Shown one piece after another: positions 1 to 12,525 of a stretch of 64,000 bases of DNA. The stretch is from Eledone cirrhosa (taxonomy: Eukaryota), in assembly GCA_964016885.1 (NCBI GenBank), contig OZ024743.1, positions 49,910,001-49,974,000 of the forward strand. The letters are read 5' to 3'. Position 1 is the stretch's first letter; the number at the start of each line of letters is the position of its first letter. The notes beneath the pieces are model-generated. The model was not told the DNA's origin and searched no databases. It worked only from the letters and a program-made list of their open reading frames with translations. The position numbers and the translations under genes were made by a program.

Positions 1-60
1 TTCATATAAGTAGGCCGAATTTACTTGCAAACCGCCAGAGATTCGATTTTACTGATTTCC

Positions 61-103
<43 letters not shown>

Positions 104-160
104 TAAGTATGTTTTGAAACAGTGAGCAGGTTTGAAATTAGAAAATAGAATAGCTTTCAC

Positions 161-641
161 CGTATTTTTTGACTAAAGGAATTTTAGCCTGATAATGGGT
201 TTTAGAACCCTCAGATAAATGGAAAAAGATGAGTATTGACGTACATGGGAGTCGAACCCACATCTTTGGTTATCGCGACCACTGTGCTACCATTACACCA
301 GTGAGCTCTTGCTACTTACTGCACCTGTGCAACGACCACATATGTGTTCTTTGTTGCTTACCTGAAATCCCATTACATTTCTTGTGTACATATAGTTTGC
401 ATAGGATGAATTCCTGCACACTGAACAAGGCCATTTCCCTGAGTGAATTGGAACCCTGTTTTCCTTTCTACATAATGGGACTTTAGTCTTTGTCAAGTTG
501 AGTTGGTGTAATAGTAGCACAGTGGTCGCGATAACCAAAGATGTGGGTTTGACTCCCATGTACGTCAATACTCATCTTTTTCCATTTATCTGAGGGTTCT
601 AAACCCCATTATCAGGCTAAAATTCCTTTAGTCAAAAAATA

Positions 642-643
<2 letters not shown>
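161..643. repeat. Long inverted repeat (arms ~161-300 and ~504-643) with a tRNA-like segment in each arm
   Basis: Arms are near-perfect reverse complements (cgtattttttgactaaagg... / ...cctttagtcaaaaaatacg); each contains A-box-like TGGTGTAATRGT and B-box-like GGTTYGACTCC. Confidence 0.9.
301..500 (-). mobile_element. Decayed RTE-X-like LINE fragment (Cys-rich insertion region)
   Basis: Translation NLTKTKV...SGKWPCSVCR...HICGRCTGA resembles the zinc-finger insertion in the RT thumb of RTE-X LINEs (recalled similarity). Confidence 0.6.
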
Positions 644-689
<46 letters not shown>

Positions 690-690
<1 letters not shown>

Positions 691-1485
691 AATAGATTGA
701 CATATATATATATAAAATAAATACATGAAACAATCACAGGGAATAATTTGTAAAGAATGTAGGCACACATGCCTACATTCTTTACAAATTATTCCCTGTG
801 ATTGTTTCATGTATTTATTTTATATATATATATGTCAATCTATTTTTAGTTGATATAAAATGCTCGGATCTAATCTTTGAGCATATTCTACGGTGTATAT
901 GGCGCATGTCTCTCAGACATGACAGCTCTTAATTTTAATTTTGGATATATATACGGCCCCTTGATTGTTGAGCTCATTCAGTTGAATAAGCTCGGCTGCT
1001 ATTTCTGGCTGTCGATGGTCCTATTCACGCCACTGGGATGACGTTGTTCAACGAGTGTATTTAAAAAAAAATGCAACACGTGGTTCGAATCATTCACAGA
1101 TTTGCATTTGCTTTGTAAACAGATGCTTATTTTTCTTCTCCTTTGGTGAACATCCAAGAATTTAACTGCTGTGATTTACGGATTAATAGGTGAAATATAT
1201 TTCTTACTTAAAGAAATATATACAAAGAAGATTAATCATTTTAACAGGTATCTATATTTGAAGTTCTAGTCAAACTTTAATTAGTTACCTACCTAGCTAT
1301 GTGTGCCTACATTCTTTACAAATTATTCCCTGTGATTGTTTCATGTATTTATTTTATATATATATATATATGTCAATCTATTTCTAGTTGATATGTAATA
1401 CTCGGATCTAATCTTTGAGGTTATTCTACGGTGGATATGGCGCATGTCTCTCATACATGACAACCCTTAATTTTAATTTTGATAT
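690..1485. mobile_element. Fold-back plus direct-repeat element (hairpin 690-845; 770-945 repeated at ~1304-1485), possibly a Penelope-like pseudo-LTR
   Basis: Near-perfect palindrome centred at ~767; ~175-bp direct repeat; (TA)n flanks. Confidence 0.55.
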
Positions 1486-1492
1486 ATATATA

Positions 1493-1624
1493 GAATTAGC
1501 CGTCGAAACGGCTTGAGCTCAGCCGTCGGGGTCCTACTTGTTCCTATTACCCACTCTACTACCCTAAGTATTGAGTACTTTGGTGCGTTATGGTCCATCT
1601 GGTTCCTTACCACATCTCCTTCGT

Positions 1625-1626
<2 letters not shown>
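1493..1626 (+). mobile_element. Short Penelope-like terminal fragment carrying the 3' half of a hammerhead (family also at 13576-13687, 16971-17093, 57863-57998, 59643-59708)
   Basis: GAAA-CGGCT-TGAGCTC-AGCCG-TC-GGGG; five copies in the window, all adjoining (TA)n. Confidence 0.7.
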
Positions 1627-1659
<33 letters not shown>

Positions 1660-1817
1660 AAATATAAATGAAGTAATTCCGTCGGAAAAGTTCAGGAAAA
1701 AAGAGTGCTCTATGTAGGTAACTGGTAAATGGAATAATTGCCTTATGTTGTTTAATACATAACTATATATATATATATATTTATGTATATATATGTATAT
1801 ATATATATATATATATA

Positions 1818-1851
<34 letters not shown>

Positions 1852-1856
<5 letters not shown>

Positions 1857-2230
1857 AATAATATTGCCAGAATTAATAACAGAACACACTCACTGTTTGG
1901 TTGGTTTTCGCTTCTGTGTCTTTTATATCGGTTAATTTAATTTATTCGGTCCTCAATGTTGCCATTGACTGACCAACGGTAAAAAATACAGATACAATAT
2001 AGACACAAACACATATATATAGTCTAACAAAGTTCTTTCGTTGCACATCTGTAACATCGTCAGTGGTTTTATTATGTTTCCTCCTGTTGTATTGTATGCC
2101 TACGCCATCATTCAGTGTGTTCTGTTGTTAATTCTGGCAATATTATTACACAAATATGACCCTCCCCAAGTATAACAATATTTGTTTAGACACACGATTT
2201 CATATCAAAAACCTCGTAAAATTAATTCAT
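1852..2230. mobile_element. Inverted Penelope-like pseudo-LTR remnant with ORF N-terminus (MTLPKYNNICLDTRFHIKNLVKLIH from 2156)
   Basis: Inverted arms 1852-1890 / 2114-2152; 2156-2230 is homologous to 59527-59601, downstream of the GIY-YIG ORF. Confidence 0.7.
2026..2068 (-). ncRNA. Minimal type-I hammerhead ribozyme-like motif (degenerate stem I)
   Basis: Minus strand: AACCA CTGACGA T GTTACA-GATG-TGCAAC GAAA GAAC TT TGTT; shares the GAAAGAACTTTG segment with the motif at 59352. Confidence 0.6.
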
Positions 2231-2242
2231 CGCCGTTATATT

Positions 2243-2420
2243 GGATTGGCAGTATCGGTAGAGGGTCGGACGCCACGCTTTGACGCATAGTTACGGCCCT
2301 TGCCATTCTGAGTTCAAATCCCGCCGAGGTTAACTTTGCCTTTCATCTTTACGGGGTCGATAAAATGAAGTACCAGTAATGCACTGAGTAGTTGCTGGCC
2401 TTGTGCCAAAAGTAGAAACA
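2243..2420 (+). mobile_element. tRNA-derived SINE (central GTTAACTTTGCCTTTCATCCTTACGGGGTCGATAAAATAAAGTACC domain)
   Basis: A-box-like TGGCAGTATCGG, B-box GAGTTCAAATCC; many dispersed copies in the window. Confidence 0.85.
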
Positions 2421-2737
2421 GTTATATATATATATATATATAAATATTTTATCTATTACTCTCCATTATGTTTGCACCATTCTTCTATCAATGACATACT
2501 ACTATGTCTGTCTGTCTGTTCTATGTCTGTTAGACTGACTGTCTGTATGTCTGTCTGTCTCTCTGTCCGTGAGTCTGTCTGTGTGTCGTTGGTGGCAGTG
2601 ATAGAAGCACACTAATAAACAGCGAGTGAGAGTGAGTGATAGAGAGAGAGAGAGACTAATGACATGATAGACTATCTGGCTGTATGTCTTTCTGTTTGTC
2701 TTTGTGCCTGTCCGTCTTTATATGTGTTCCAATGTCA

Positions 2738-5625
2738 GTGGTGGTGGTAGTGGTTGTGGTGGTGGTGGTGGTAGTGGTGGTGGTGGTAGTGGTGGTCGTG
2801 GTAGTGGTGGTGGTGGTTGTGGTGGTAGTGGTGACGGTGGTGGTGGTGGTAGTGATGGTGGTAGTGGTGATGGTGGTGGTGGTGGTGTTGGTGGTAGTGA
2901 TGGTGGTAGTGGTGGTGGTGGTGGTGGTGGTAGTGATGGTGGTGATGGTGGTGGTGGTGGTGGTAGTGGTGGTGGTGGTGGTGGTGGTGGTGGTGGTAGT
3001 GATGGTGGTAGTGGTGGTGGTGGTGGTGGTAGTGATGGTGGTAGTGGTGATGGTAGTGGTGGTGATGGTGGTGGTGATGGTGGTGGTGATGGTGGTAGTG
3101 GTGATGGTAGTGGTGGTGGTGATGTTGGTAGTGGTGGTGGTGATGGTGGTGGTGGTGGTGGTGGTAGTGGTGGTGGTGGTGGTGATGGTGGTAGTGATGG
3201 TGGTAGTGGTGATGGTAGTGGTGGTGGTGATGGTGGTAGTGGTGGTGGTGATGGTGGTGGTGGTGGTGGTAGTGGTGGTGGTGGTAGTGATGGTGGTAGT
3301 GATGGTGGTAGTGGTGGTGGTGGTGGTGGTGGTAGTGATGCTAGTGGTGGTGGTGATGGTGGTAGTGGTGGTGGTGATGGTGGTGGTGGTGGTGGTGGTA
3401 GTGGTGGTGGTGGTGGTGATGGTGGTAGTGATGGTGGTAGTGGTGGTGGTGGTGGTGGTGGTAGTGATGGTGGTGATGGTGGTGATGGTGGTAGTGGTGG
3501 TGGTGGTAGTTGTGGTGATGGTAGTGGTGGTGATGGTGGTGGTGATGGTGGTAGTGGTGATGGTAGTGGTGGTTGTGATGGTGGTAGTGGTGGTGGTGAT
3601 GGTGGTAGTGGTGGTGGTTGTGGTGATGGTAGTGGTGGTGGTGGTGGTGGTTCTGGTGGTGGTGATGGTGGTAGTGGTGGTGGTGGTAGTGGTGGTGGTA
3701 GTGGTAGTGGTGGTGGTGGTGATGGTGGTAGTGGTGGTGGTGGTAGTGGTGATGGTGGTGGTAGTGGTGGTCGTGGTTGTGGTGGTGGTGGTGGTGATGG
3801 TGATATTGGTGGTGGTAGTGGTGGTGGTGGTAGTGGTGGTGGTGGTAGTGGTGGTGGTGGTGGTGATGGTGATAGTGGTGGTGGTAGTGGTGGTGGTAGT
3901 GGTTGTGGTGGTGGTGGTGGTGGTGATGGTGGTGGTGATGGTGGTTGTGGTGGTGGTAGTGGTGGTGGTGGTGGTTGTGGTGATGGTAGTGGTGGTGGTG
4001 GTGATGGTGATGGTGGTGGTGATGGTGATGGTGGTGGTGGTGATGGTGGTAGTGGTGGTGGAAGTGGTGGTGGTGGTGGTAGTGGTGGTGGTCATGGTGG
4101 TTGGTGATGGTGGTAGTGGTGGTGGTAGTGGTTGTGGTGGTGGTGGTGGTAGTGGTGGTCGTGGTAGTGGTGGTCGTGGTAGTGGTGGTGGTGGTTGTGG
4201 TGGTAGTGGTTGTGGTGGTGGTGGTAGTGGTGGTGGTGGTGATGGTGGTAGTGGTGGTGGTGGTGGTTATGGTGATGGTAGTGGTGGTGGTGGTGGTGGT
4301 TGTGGTGGTGGTGATGGTGGTGATGGTGGTGATGGTGGTAGTCGTGGTGGTGGTAGTGGTGGTGGTGGTGATGGTGGTAGTGGTGCTGGTGGTGGTGGTG
4401 GTGGTGGTAGTGGTGGTGGTAGTGGTGGTGGTGGTGGTGGTGATGGAGGTAGTGGTGGTGGTGGTGCTCGTGGTGGTAGTGGTGATGGTAGTAGTGGTGG
4501 TGGTGGTGGTGGTGGTGGTGGTGGTGGTGGTGGTGGTGGTGGTGGTGGTAGTGGCTGTGGTAGTGGTGGTGGTGCTGGTGGTGGTTGTGGTGATGGTAGT
4601 GTTGGTGATGGTGGTAGTGGTGGTGGTGGTAGTCGTGGTGTTGGTAGTGGTGGTGGTGGTGGTGGTGGTGATGGTGGTGGTAGTGGTGGTGGTAGTGGTG
4701 GTGGTGGTGGTGGTGGTGGTTGTGGTGGCGGTGATGGTGGTAGTGGTGGTGGTGGTGGTTGTGGTGGTAGTGGGGGTGGTAGTAGTAGTGGTGGTGGTGG
4801 TAGTGGTGGTGGTGGTGGTAGTGGTGGTAGTGGTGGTGATGGTGGTGGCGATTGTGGTGGTGGTTGTGGTAGTGGTGGTGGTAGTGGTAGTGGTGGTGGT
4901 TGTGGTGGTAGTGGTGGTGGTAGTAGTGGTGGTGGTGGTGGTAGTGGTGGTGGTGGTAGTGGTGGTAGTGGTGGTGGTGATAGTGGTGGTGATGGTGGTG
5001 GCGGTTGTGGTGGTGGTTGTGGTGGTGGTCTTGGTGGTCGTGGTAGTGGTGGTGGTGGTGTTAGTGGTGGTGGTAGTAGTGGTGGTGGTAGTGGTGGTGG
5101 CGGTGATGGTTATGGTGGTGGTAGTTGTGCTGGTGCTGGTGGTGGTGGTGGTGCTGGTGCTGGTGGTAGTCGTGGTTGTAGTGGTGGTGGTGGTGATGGT
5201 GGTGGTAGTGGTGGTGGTAGTGGTGGTGGTGGTTGTGGTGGTAGTGGTGGTGGTGGTGATGGTGGAAGTGGTGGTTATGGTGGTAGTGGTGGTAGTGGTG
5301 GTGGTGGTGGTAGTGGTGGTAGTGGTGGTGGTAGTGATGGTGGTTGTGGTGGTGGTGGTGGTGGTGGTGATGGTGGTATTGGTGGTGTTGGTGGTAGTGG
5401 TGGTGGTGGTGGTAGTGGTGGTGGTGGTAGAGGTGGTAGTGGTGGTGGTAGTAGTGTTGGTGGTGGTAGTGGTGGTAGTGGTGGTGGTAGTGGTGGTAGT
5501 GGTGGTGGTAATGGCGGTGGTGATGGTGGTGGTGGTTGTGGTGGTGGTTGTGGTGGTGCTGGTGGTGGTGGTGGTAGTGGTGGTGGTGGTTGTGGTGGTG
5601 TGGTGGTGATGGTGGTGGTGGTGGC
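2738..5625. repeat. Degenerate (GGT)n trinucleotide array, ~2.9 kb
   Basis: GGT units interspersed with AGT/GAT/TGT; source of spurious poly-V/G/T/H ORFs. Confidence 0.97.
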
Positions 5626-5812
5626 AGTGATTTATCTGACAAACGGCTAGTAAGAGAGTGAGAGCGAGAGTGAGAGAATGAGAGAGAGGATGAGAGAGAG
5701 AGAGAGAGAAAAAAAGAGTGAGGGAGAGAGAGACCCACTAAAATGATTGCACGCCAGAAATCTATTATAAAGCTGCGGTAATGGAGAATGCAGCATCAAT
5801 AGAATGGAATGC

Positions 5813-5848
<36 letters not shown>

Positions 5849-6197
5849 ATGTGTGTGTGTGTGTGTGTGTCTGTGTATATATATGTGTGTGTATGGGTAT
5901 ATATATATATATATATATATACTATGTATGCATGTATGTATGTATGTATGTATGCATGTGGGTGTGTATATATGCATGTGTGTGTGTCTGAGTGTAGAAT
6001 AGAATGCGGCAGCGGTGTTTAGAGGGAGAGAGAGGTGGGACCGAGGGGGCGGGGAGTTTGGGAGGGGGAGGGGAGAGTAACAGTTGGATTATCAAAGGAT
6101 CGCTAATCGATAAAACAGCGATAGTTGATGGCCGTCACTGCTGCATGGTTCACTGATCAAAACATGTTCAATAGCGACATATACACACTGCAATGGA

Positions 6198-6920
6198 TAC
6201 ACACATGCACACACACATACACATGTACACACGCACGCACATACACATGCACACACACACATACACATGCACACGCACACATGCACACACACACACACAT
6301 GCACACATGCACATACACACATGCACACACATACACATGCACACATGTACACACACACATGCACACATATCACTCATCCACATGCACACATACACATGCA
6401 CACATACACATGCACACACACATGTACACACATGCACATGCACATACAAATGCACACACATGCACACGCACACACATGCACACACACACACACATGCACA
6501 CACACTCCATCGATTAACGCAACATGTCTGTGTGTCGCAACAAACACTTTGCCGTATCATCAAAGATGGCGACTATGTATAGTGGAAGAGAATGACGAAA
6601 ATGACGAATGGATGATGATGATGATGATGATGATGGTGATGGTGTTGATGGTGATGGTGATGGTGTTGATGGTGATGGTGATGGTGTTGGTGTGGGTGTT
6701 GATGTGGTGATGGTGCTGGTGTTGATGGTGATGGTGATGGTGATGATGATGGTGATGGCGATGGTGATGATGGTGGTGGTGATGGTGGTGGTGATGGTGT
6801 TGGTGTGGGTGTTGATGTGGTAATGGTGCTGGTGTTGATGGTGATGGTGATGGTGATGGTGATGATGATGGTGATGGTGATGGTGATGATGGTGGTGGTG
6901 ATGGTGATGGTGATGGTGTA
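6198..6920. repeat. (CA/CATG)n and (GAT/GGT)n microsatellites
   Basis: Direct inspection. Confidence 0.9.
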
Positions 6921-7017
6921 GTCGCTACTGCTGATGACCGTGAATTTAATATTACTATTGTTCTCCTAATCAATAAAAGTAATCATTATTATTGTTTTTG
7001 TTGTTGTTATTATTAGT

Positions 7018-7578
7018 CAATTAGCGAAGCCATCGCAGCCGACATCCTTGCGGCAAGATTGGCCCCTGACCAATTTTTCAATGCTAAGCACGAAGGTTGC
7101 GTTGTCAGAGCTAAGGCTGATGCTCTTAGACACGAAGGGACGAAAATTGCTTAATGGACCCGAGTGGCGGAAGCGCGGCGTGGCAACAAAGCCACTGTCC
7201 GATCCTTGACGCACCACGATGGACGCAGGTTACTTGACCCCAAGCGGATGTGAACGGCTTGTCAACAACACTCACGTAAAGCAACAAATCTGGATCGCAG
7301 AATTGACACTACTGTCTACCTCAACTCTCTGAGACTGTCTGCCGCAACTCTCGGAGACGGAATGTTGCGAAAAGCCGTTAACAGCCGCTGAAGTACGAGA
7401 GACTAAGACTAGCTGTACGAGGGGTAAATCGCCTGCTTTGGGTGGTCAGCACTACGAGCTTTACGTTTACATGTCAGACTTGTTCGGTGATCTCTTAACA
7501 TAGACTACTGCAACTGACAGCAGAACGGAAGAATTCCCAGTTCTGTGAGCTGAGGAGCAGTGACATTGCTAAGAGGAT
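7018..7578 (+). mobile_element. L1/Tx1-clade LINE ORF2 fragment (decayed)
   Basis: Translates ...CCEKPLTAAEVRE...RGKSPALGGQHYELY...NGRIPSSVS*GAVTLLR, matching the pre-RT 'GKSPGxDGLPxEFY' region; contains stops. Confidence 0.75.
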
Positions 7579-7579
7579 T

Positions 7580-9540
7580 ATACGATTGTATTCGAGATCG
7601 TATTCTTTCGGTCATTACCCAAGATTTATGACCATAGATAAAGGTTGGCACGAGTACCATATTCAAGATAGCGAGTTTGACTTTTATAACTACCTCCCTT
7701 CTTCTAATTACCGAAAGCTGAAGTTGGTGCATTACTGCACCAGCTCCTGCAATCCTTGCACTTAATTCAGCCTCCTGCCTTCCATCACTCATGAACACGG
7801 CCCCGAGATACTTGAACTTCTCCACCGGCTTCAGTGGAACTCCATTCACATATAGCATGCACTGCGCAGGCTTCTTTGAGAGGACGAGTGTCTCAGTTTG
7901 TGCAGCACTGGTTTTTATTCCATCCAGGCAGCACTCACCATCAAACCTACCAAGTGCAAGTCAGAGATTACCTTCTGTAGAGTTAGGTAACACCATGTCG
8001 TTTGCAAATTCCAGCCGACTGGTTTTACACCTGCCAGTCGTGACACCACTTTCAACCCGGTTGCGCATGTCGATCCTGTTCACGAAACTAATGAACAGGA
8101 GAAGTGACAGTACGCACCGTTGGCGGAATGCGGCCCCCATACTGAATGGTTTCGATTTAGCACCTTTTATCCGAACTCAAATATTCGGGTATTCGTATAG
8201 AGATATCAGAGCAGCAAGAAGCTGACCATTGATCCCATATTCCTGCACAACCTTCCATAGCAGGTCCCGCCTTTTTGAGGTCTACAAAACAAGAATATAC
8301 CGCTTGGCAATACTCCAACGATTTCTCCAATACCTGCCGCGGGGTGAATATTTGGTCGGCTGTGCTGCGTCCGGGGCGAAAACCGCGCTGTTCATCAGCT
8401 AGCTTGGACTCGCCAATCTCACTACATCTCTTTGCCAGACATTTAGCATAGACTTTACCGGGGACACTTAACAAATCTGTAATTGAAACAATCCCTCTCG
8501 TCTCCCATTTTGAAAATTGGGACTATTATTCCCAATTGCCATTGCTTGGGTGCCTTTCCAGAGATCCAAGCGACCTGACACACACGTTAGCCAGAGAATA
8601 TCTTTTCTATTTAAGGCTTTTAACATCTCGATTTCATCTTCCCCAGTAGCCTTGCAACATTTGAGCTCTTTATCTGCTCTTGTAACCTCAGTCCCCCGAG
8701 AGATTAGTTACCGCCCCCAGATGCACCTCGTGTACATCAAAAGGTGCTGTTGTGATCGGGTTTAGGAGATAAGCAAAGCATTGTCTCCACCTCGCGAGGA
8801 TGCCCCACTCTGAAGAGAGGAGGACTCCAGACGCGTTCCTGATAGCAGGTGTAGAGGAGGACTTCTTATTTTTAAGTCGGCGGATGGTCTGTCAGAAAAC
8901 TTTATTTGCTGATCTGAAGTCGGATTCCAGCTTAAAACCAAAGTCCTCCCATGTATTAATTTTTGACTCCTTTACTGTCTCTACTGCGATTCTTCGTGCA
9001 AGAAGGAGGTTGTGATGTTCCAGATTCCTATTGTCAAGATTTTCTCCCTTCCGAACCTTCTTTGGTGTCTCAGGAAATGCAATCTTTGTGCATCCATCCC
9101 ACGCCTCCCAGGACAGGTTGCAAGCCCATCGCCAGGTTTTGCGACACGAAATGGAAACTGCAATATATTTTTGGAACAGTCCCCTCTACCTAAGGCGTGA
9201 ACGCTTCCCTTGTTAGCCCGCAAGAAGGACAATGCAGTATGGTCATTTTCGTACATCGTACCATATTGCAGTTTTGGTTACTAATCTGGTACTTTCTGAA
9301 ACTGGCGAAGACTAGGCCATTCTTAGAGGCGGCCTTTACTCACCACGTCATAGCTATATCACTGGGTTGTGAGAGTTTTCTTAGGAGCTACAGGTGTTGT
9401 CCATTGCTCCATCTACCCTAGTAGTTCACTGCTGTTGGTCGGGGTTGCTTATTCATCCGGCAGCTGCCCGCTTTTATCGCAACTAACCATCATATCTGGT
9501 GGACGTATCGCGACCCAGAACTGCTGTGCCGAGAACCACA
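7580..9540 (-). mobile_element. RTE-clade LINE pseudogene (RT and upstream region)
   Basis: LSVPGKVYAK..EQRGFRPGRSTADQIF..FVDLKKA; LEFANDMVL (FADD-like); VEKFKYLG; many frameshifts. Confidence 0.9.
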
Positions 9541-9854
9541 AAAAACAACAATAATTATTATTTTTAAAATTGGTTCAAGGCCAGCAATTGGCAGGAAATA
9601 TCGATTATATCGACATCAATACTTTATTTTTTAATACTGCTACCTTATTTTATCGATCTCCGATGGATGAGCTCCGTGGTATTTGAAATGAAAACCAAGA
9701 TTATAACTAAATACCACAAAGCAATTTGTCCGACGCTCTACAGAGCCAAGCCACCATAATGAATTCTAATTATGGCAAAAGGAGTATTAGTAGACTTAAA
9801 TATAGAATCCAATCAATCCCCTAATTAAATATATCTTTTATTAGGGGATTAATT

Positions 9855-10239
9855 GGATTAACTATAGAATATATTTTCTATAGGAAGATTATCTGGTTTA
9901 ACTATAGAATATATCTTCTATAGGAAGATTATCTGGATTAACTATAGAATATATCTTCTATAGGAAGATTATCTGCATTAACTATAGAATATATATTCAA
10001 TAGGAAGATTATCTGGATTAACTATAGAATATATCTTCTATAGGAAGATTATCTGGATTAACTATAGAATATATCTTCTATAGGAAGATTATCTGGTTTA
10101 ACTATAGAATATATCTTCTATAGGAAGACTATCTGGTTTAACTATAGAATATATCTTCTATAGGAAGATTATCTGGATTAACTATAGAATATATCTTCTA
10201 TAGGAAGATTATCTGGATTAACTATAGAATATATCTTCT
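9855..10239. repeat. 40-bp minisatellite, ~9.5 copies
   Basis: Unit GGATTAACTATAGAATATATCTTCTATAGGAAGATTATCT. Confidence 0.95.
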
Positions 10240-10521
10240 GTGTGGGAATTCATTGGAGATTTTGGAAGACACAAACATTAATATTTGCTGCCAAAAATGT
10301 ATTTACTGAGCGGAGAAATATTGGGCATGTTAGTTTGAGAAGGCGAATCAACGGAACCATCTAGATATACTATGTATGTATGTATGTATGTATGTATGTA
10401 TGTATGTATGTATGTATGTATGTATGTATGTATGTATGGATGGATGTAGTATGTATGTATGTATGTATGTATGTATGTATGTATGTATGTATGTATGTAT
10501 GTATGTATATATGTAGGTATG

Positions 10522-11470
10522 TATGGTTTTATAATTTCATAAAGTTTTACCAATAGAGAGAGAGTCGGTTTCTAACATAGACACAAGACTCTCTCATTGG
10601 AATTAACACATCATCAACTAGGTAGATATGTATGTATGCATGCATGCATGTGTAGATATGGATGTTATTGTATGTGTGGATGTGGATGTTTTGAGTTGTA
10701 TGTGTGCATGTGTATATGCTTTGCATCTGTATATGTGTATATGCAGTTATTAGATGCAAAATGTTTGGAATGTTTTACATATTTTTACTGTTCCATTAAT
10801 GGATTGTACTTGTAATTTCCTAACTAGTTGTGTTCTTTCTGTTCCTGTGAAGCCTAGCTTCACAAGATTTGTATTGAGGCAGTTACTAACATATCTCAGT
10901 CTCCCAATAATCACAGGCATAAATCTGAAGAGGTAATCAGGGTGGAGTATCTGCAGATTTCTCATCAGTTCTGTATAAATATTCTCCTTTTCACTAATCT
11001 TTGATATTATATTGGCATCTGCTGGGCAGCTAATTTCCACTACTGTGCATGTTTTCTTCTCCCTGCCTGCATGTTTTCTTCTCCCTGCCTGCATTTTATT
11101 GGGGTTTTTACTGGAACATTCCACCAGTACTCTTTCATATTATGTACATGGATGTCTTCCACATTGTTGTAGCTTTTAATGTGTTTATTATCGTGGCTAT
11201 CTTTTTTACGAACTGCATTGTACAGTGTTTTGGCCACTACATCATGCCTCATAGGTAGATAGTACCGCGATGACATCTTTGGACAGCTGCTGATGACATG
11301 GGTGATATCCTCGATGTTAGTTCTGCAGAGTCTGCACTTGTTATCACATCTAGGTGTTTTGCCTGCATCCCTATCTCTTTTGTGAATCAGGTATTTCGTG
11401 CTAATCTCCTGTTCCTGGATTGCAAAAGCGTATCCTTCAAAGTGGGAGCCAATATAGCGGTTGTTGGTCA
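10522..11470 (-). mobile_element. 5'-truncated R4/Dong-like (restriction-like endonuclease) LINE in (TATG)n
   Basis: [46 protein letters not shown]; CCHC finger and RLE motifs; RPD region replaced by a small tandem duplication. Confidence 0.88.
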
Positions 11471-11659
11471 TGTATGTATGTATGTATGTATGTATGTATG
11501 TATGTATGTATGTATGTATGTATGTATGTATGTATGTATGTATGTATGTGTGTATGTATGTATGTATGTATGCATGCATGCATGTATGTATGAATGTATA
11601 AGTGTAGGCATCTGGGTATATGTATTTCTGTGTCATTTAATATATATTTATATATATGA

Positions 11660-11782
<123 letters not shown>

Positions 11783-12147
11783 TATGCATGTATATATGTA
11801 TGTATGTATCTGGGTATATATAAACATATATGTATTTATGTATGCGTGTGCAAGTATATGTTTGTGTACGTGAGTCGTTTTTCTTCTTTTTTCTTCATCG
11901 GCTGCTTCTTTGAATTAAGATTATCATGGAATTTTGATCTTTTCTTTCGACTTTGCTATCTGCTGCTGAATTTCATTTCAATAAAAACCAAATACAAAAT
12001 CATATCCAACTAGAAAATACGAGAAATTCATTCTATAGAATTGCTTTTCTCATAATCAGATTTTCGGCTGCTTCTATAGCTGAGCAAATAGATTGAATAC
12101 TGCCAACATATGGCGGCGGCTTCTTCTACAATATTTCTCCGGCATTA

Positions 12148-12207
<60 letters not shown>

Positions 12208-12380
12208 AGTGTGTGTAACGGTATATACTTTATATATACCGTATATATAAAACACCCATATTGTTCAGTATATTGCAATATTACTTAATATCGAGAGTTT
12301 CCAAGCCAAAAAACAACATAAATATAGAAATAGAATATCCTCCTTTCTTATTTATTGAGATTTTATAAATGAAACAGTAG

Positions 12381-12425
<45 letters not shown>

Positions 12426-12431
<6 letters not shown>

Positions 12432-12525
12432 TTCCCAAGAATTATATACACACTTTGATTACCTGTACAAGCAATGTTTATTAGAATGCTGTTGAAGTGT
12501 GTATACATTTTTTGGGAACACTCTA
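12426..12525. mobile_element. ~100-bp Tc1/mariner-type MITE
   Basis: Imperfect TIRs AGGGTTTCCCAAGAATTATATACACACTT / AAGTGTGTATACATTTTTTGGGAACACTCT with TA flanks. Confidence 0.65.

Noticed and set aside
186-215. CTGATAA-GGGTT/AACCC as a hammerhead 5' half
   Set aside because: Core deviates and no GAAA or stem III follows
504-568. tRNA gene
   Set aside because: 5' acceptor strand missing and anticodon arm irregular; lies inside an inverted repeat, so tRNA-derived repeat only
2656-5738. Very long poly-V/G/T/H ORFs (glycine-rich or mucin-like protein?)
   Set aside because: Open in several frames on both strands because GGT repeats lack stops; no splice signals or unique domain
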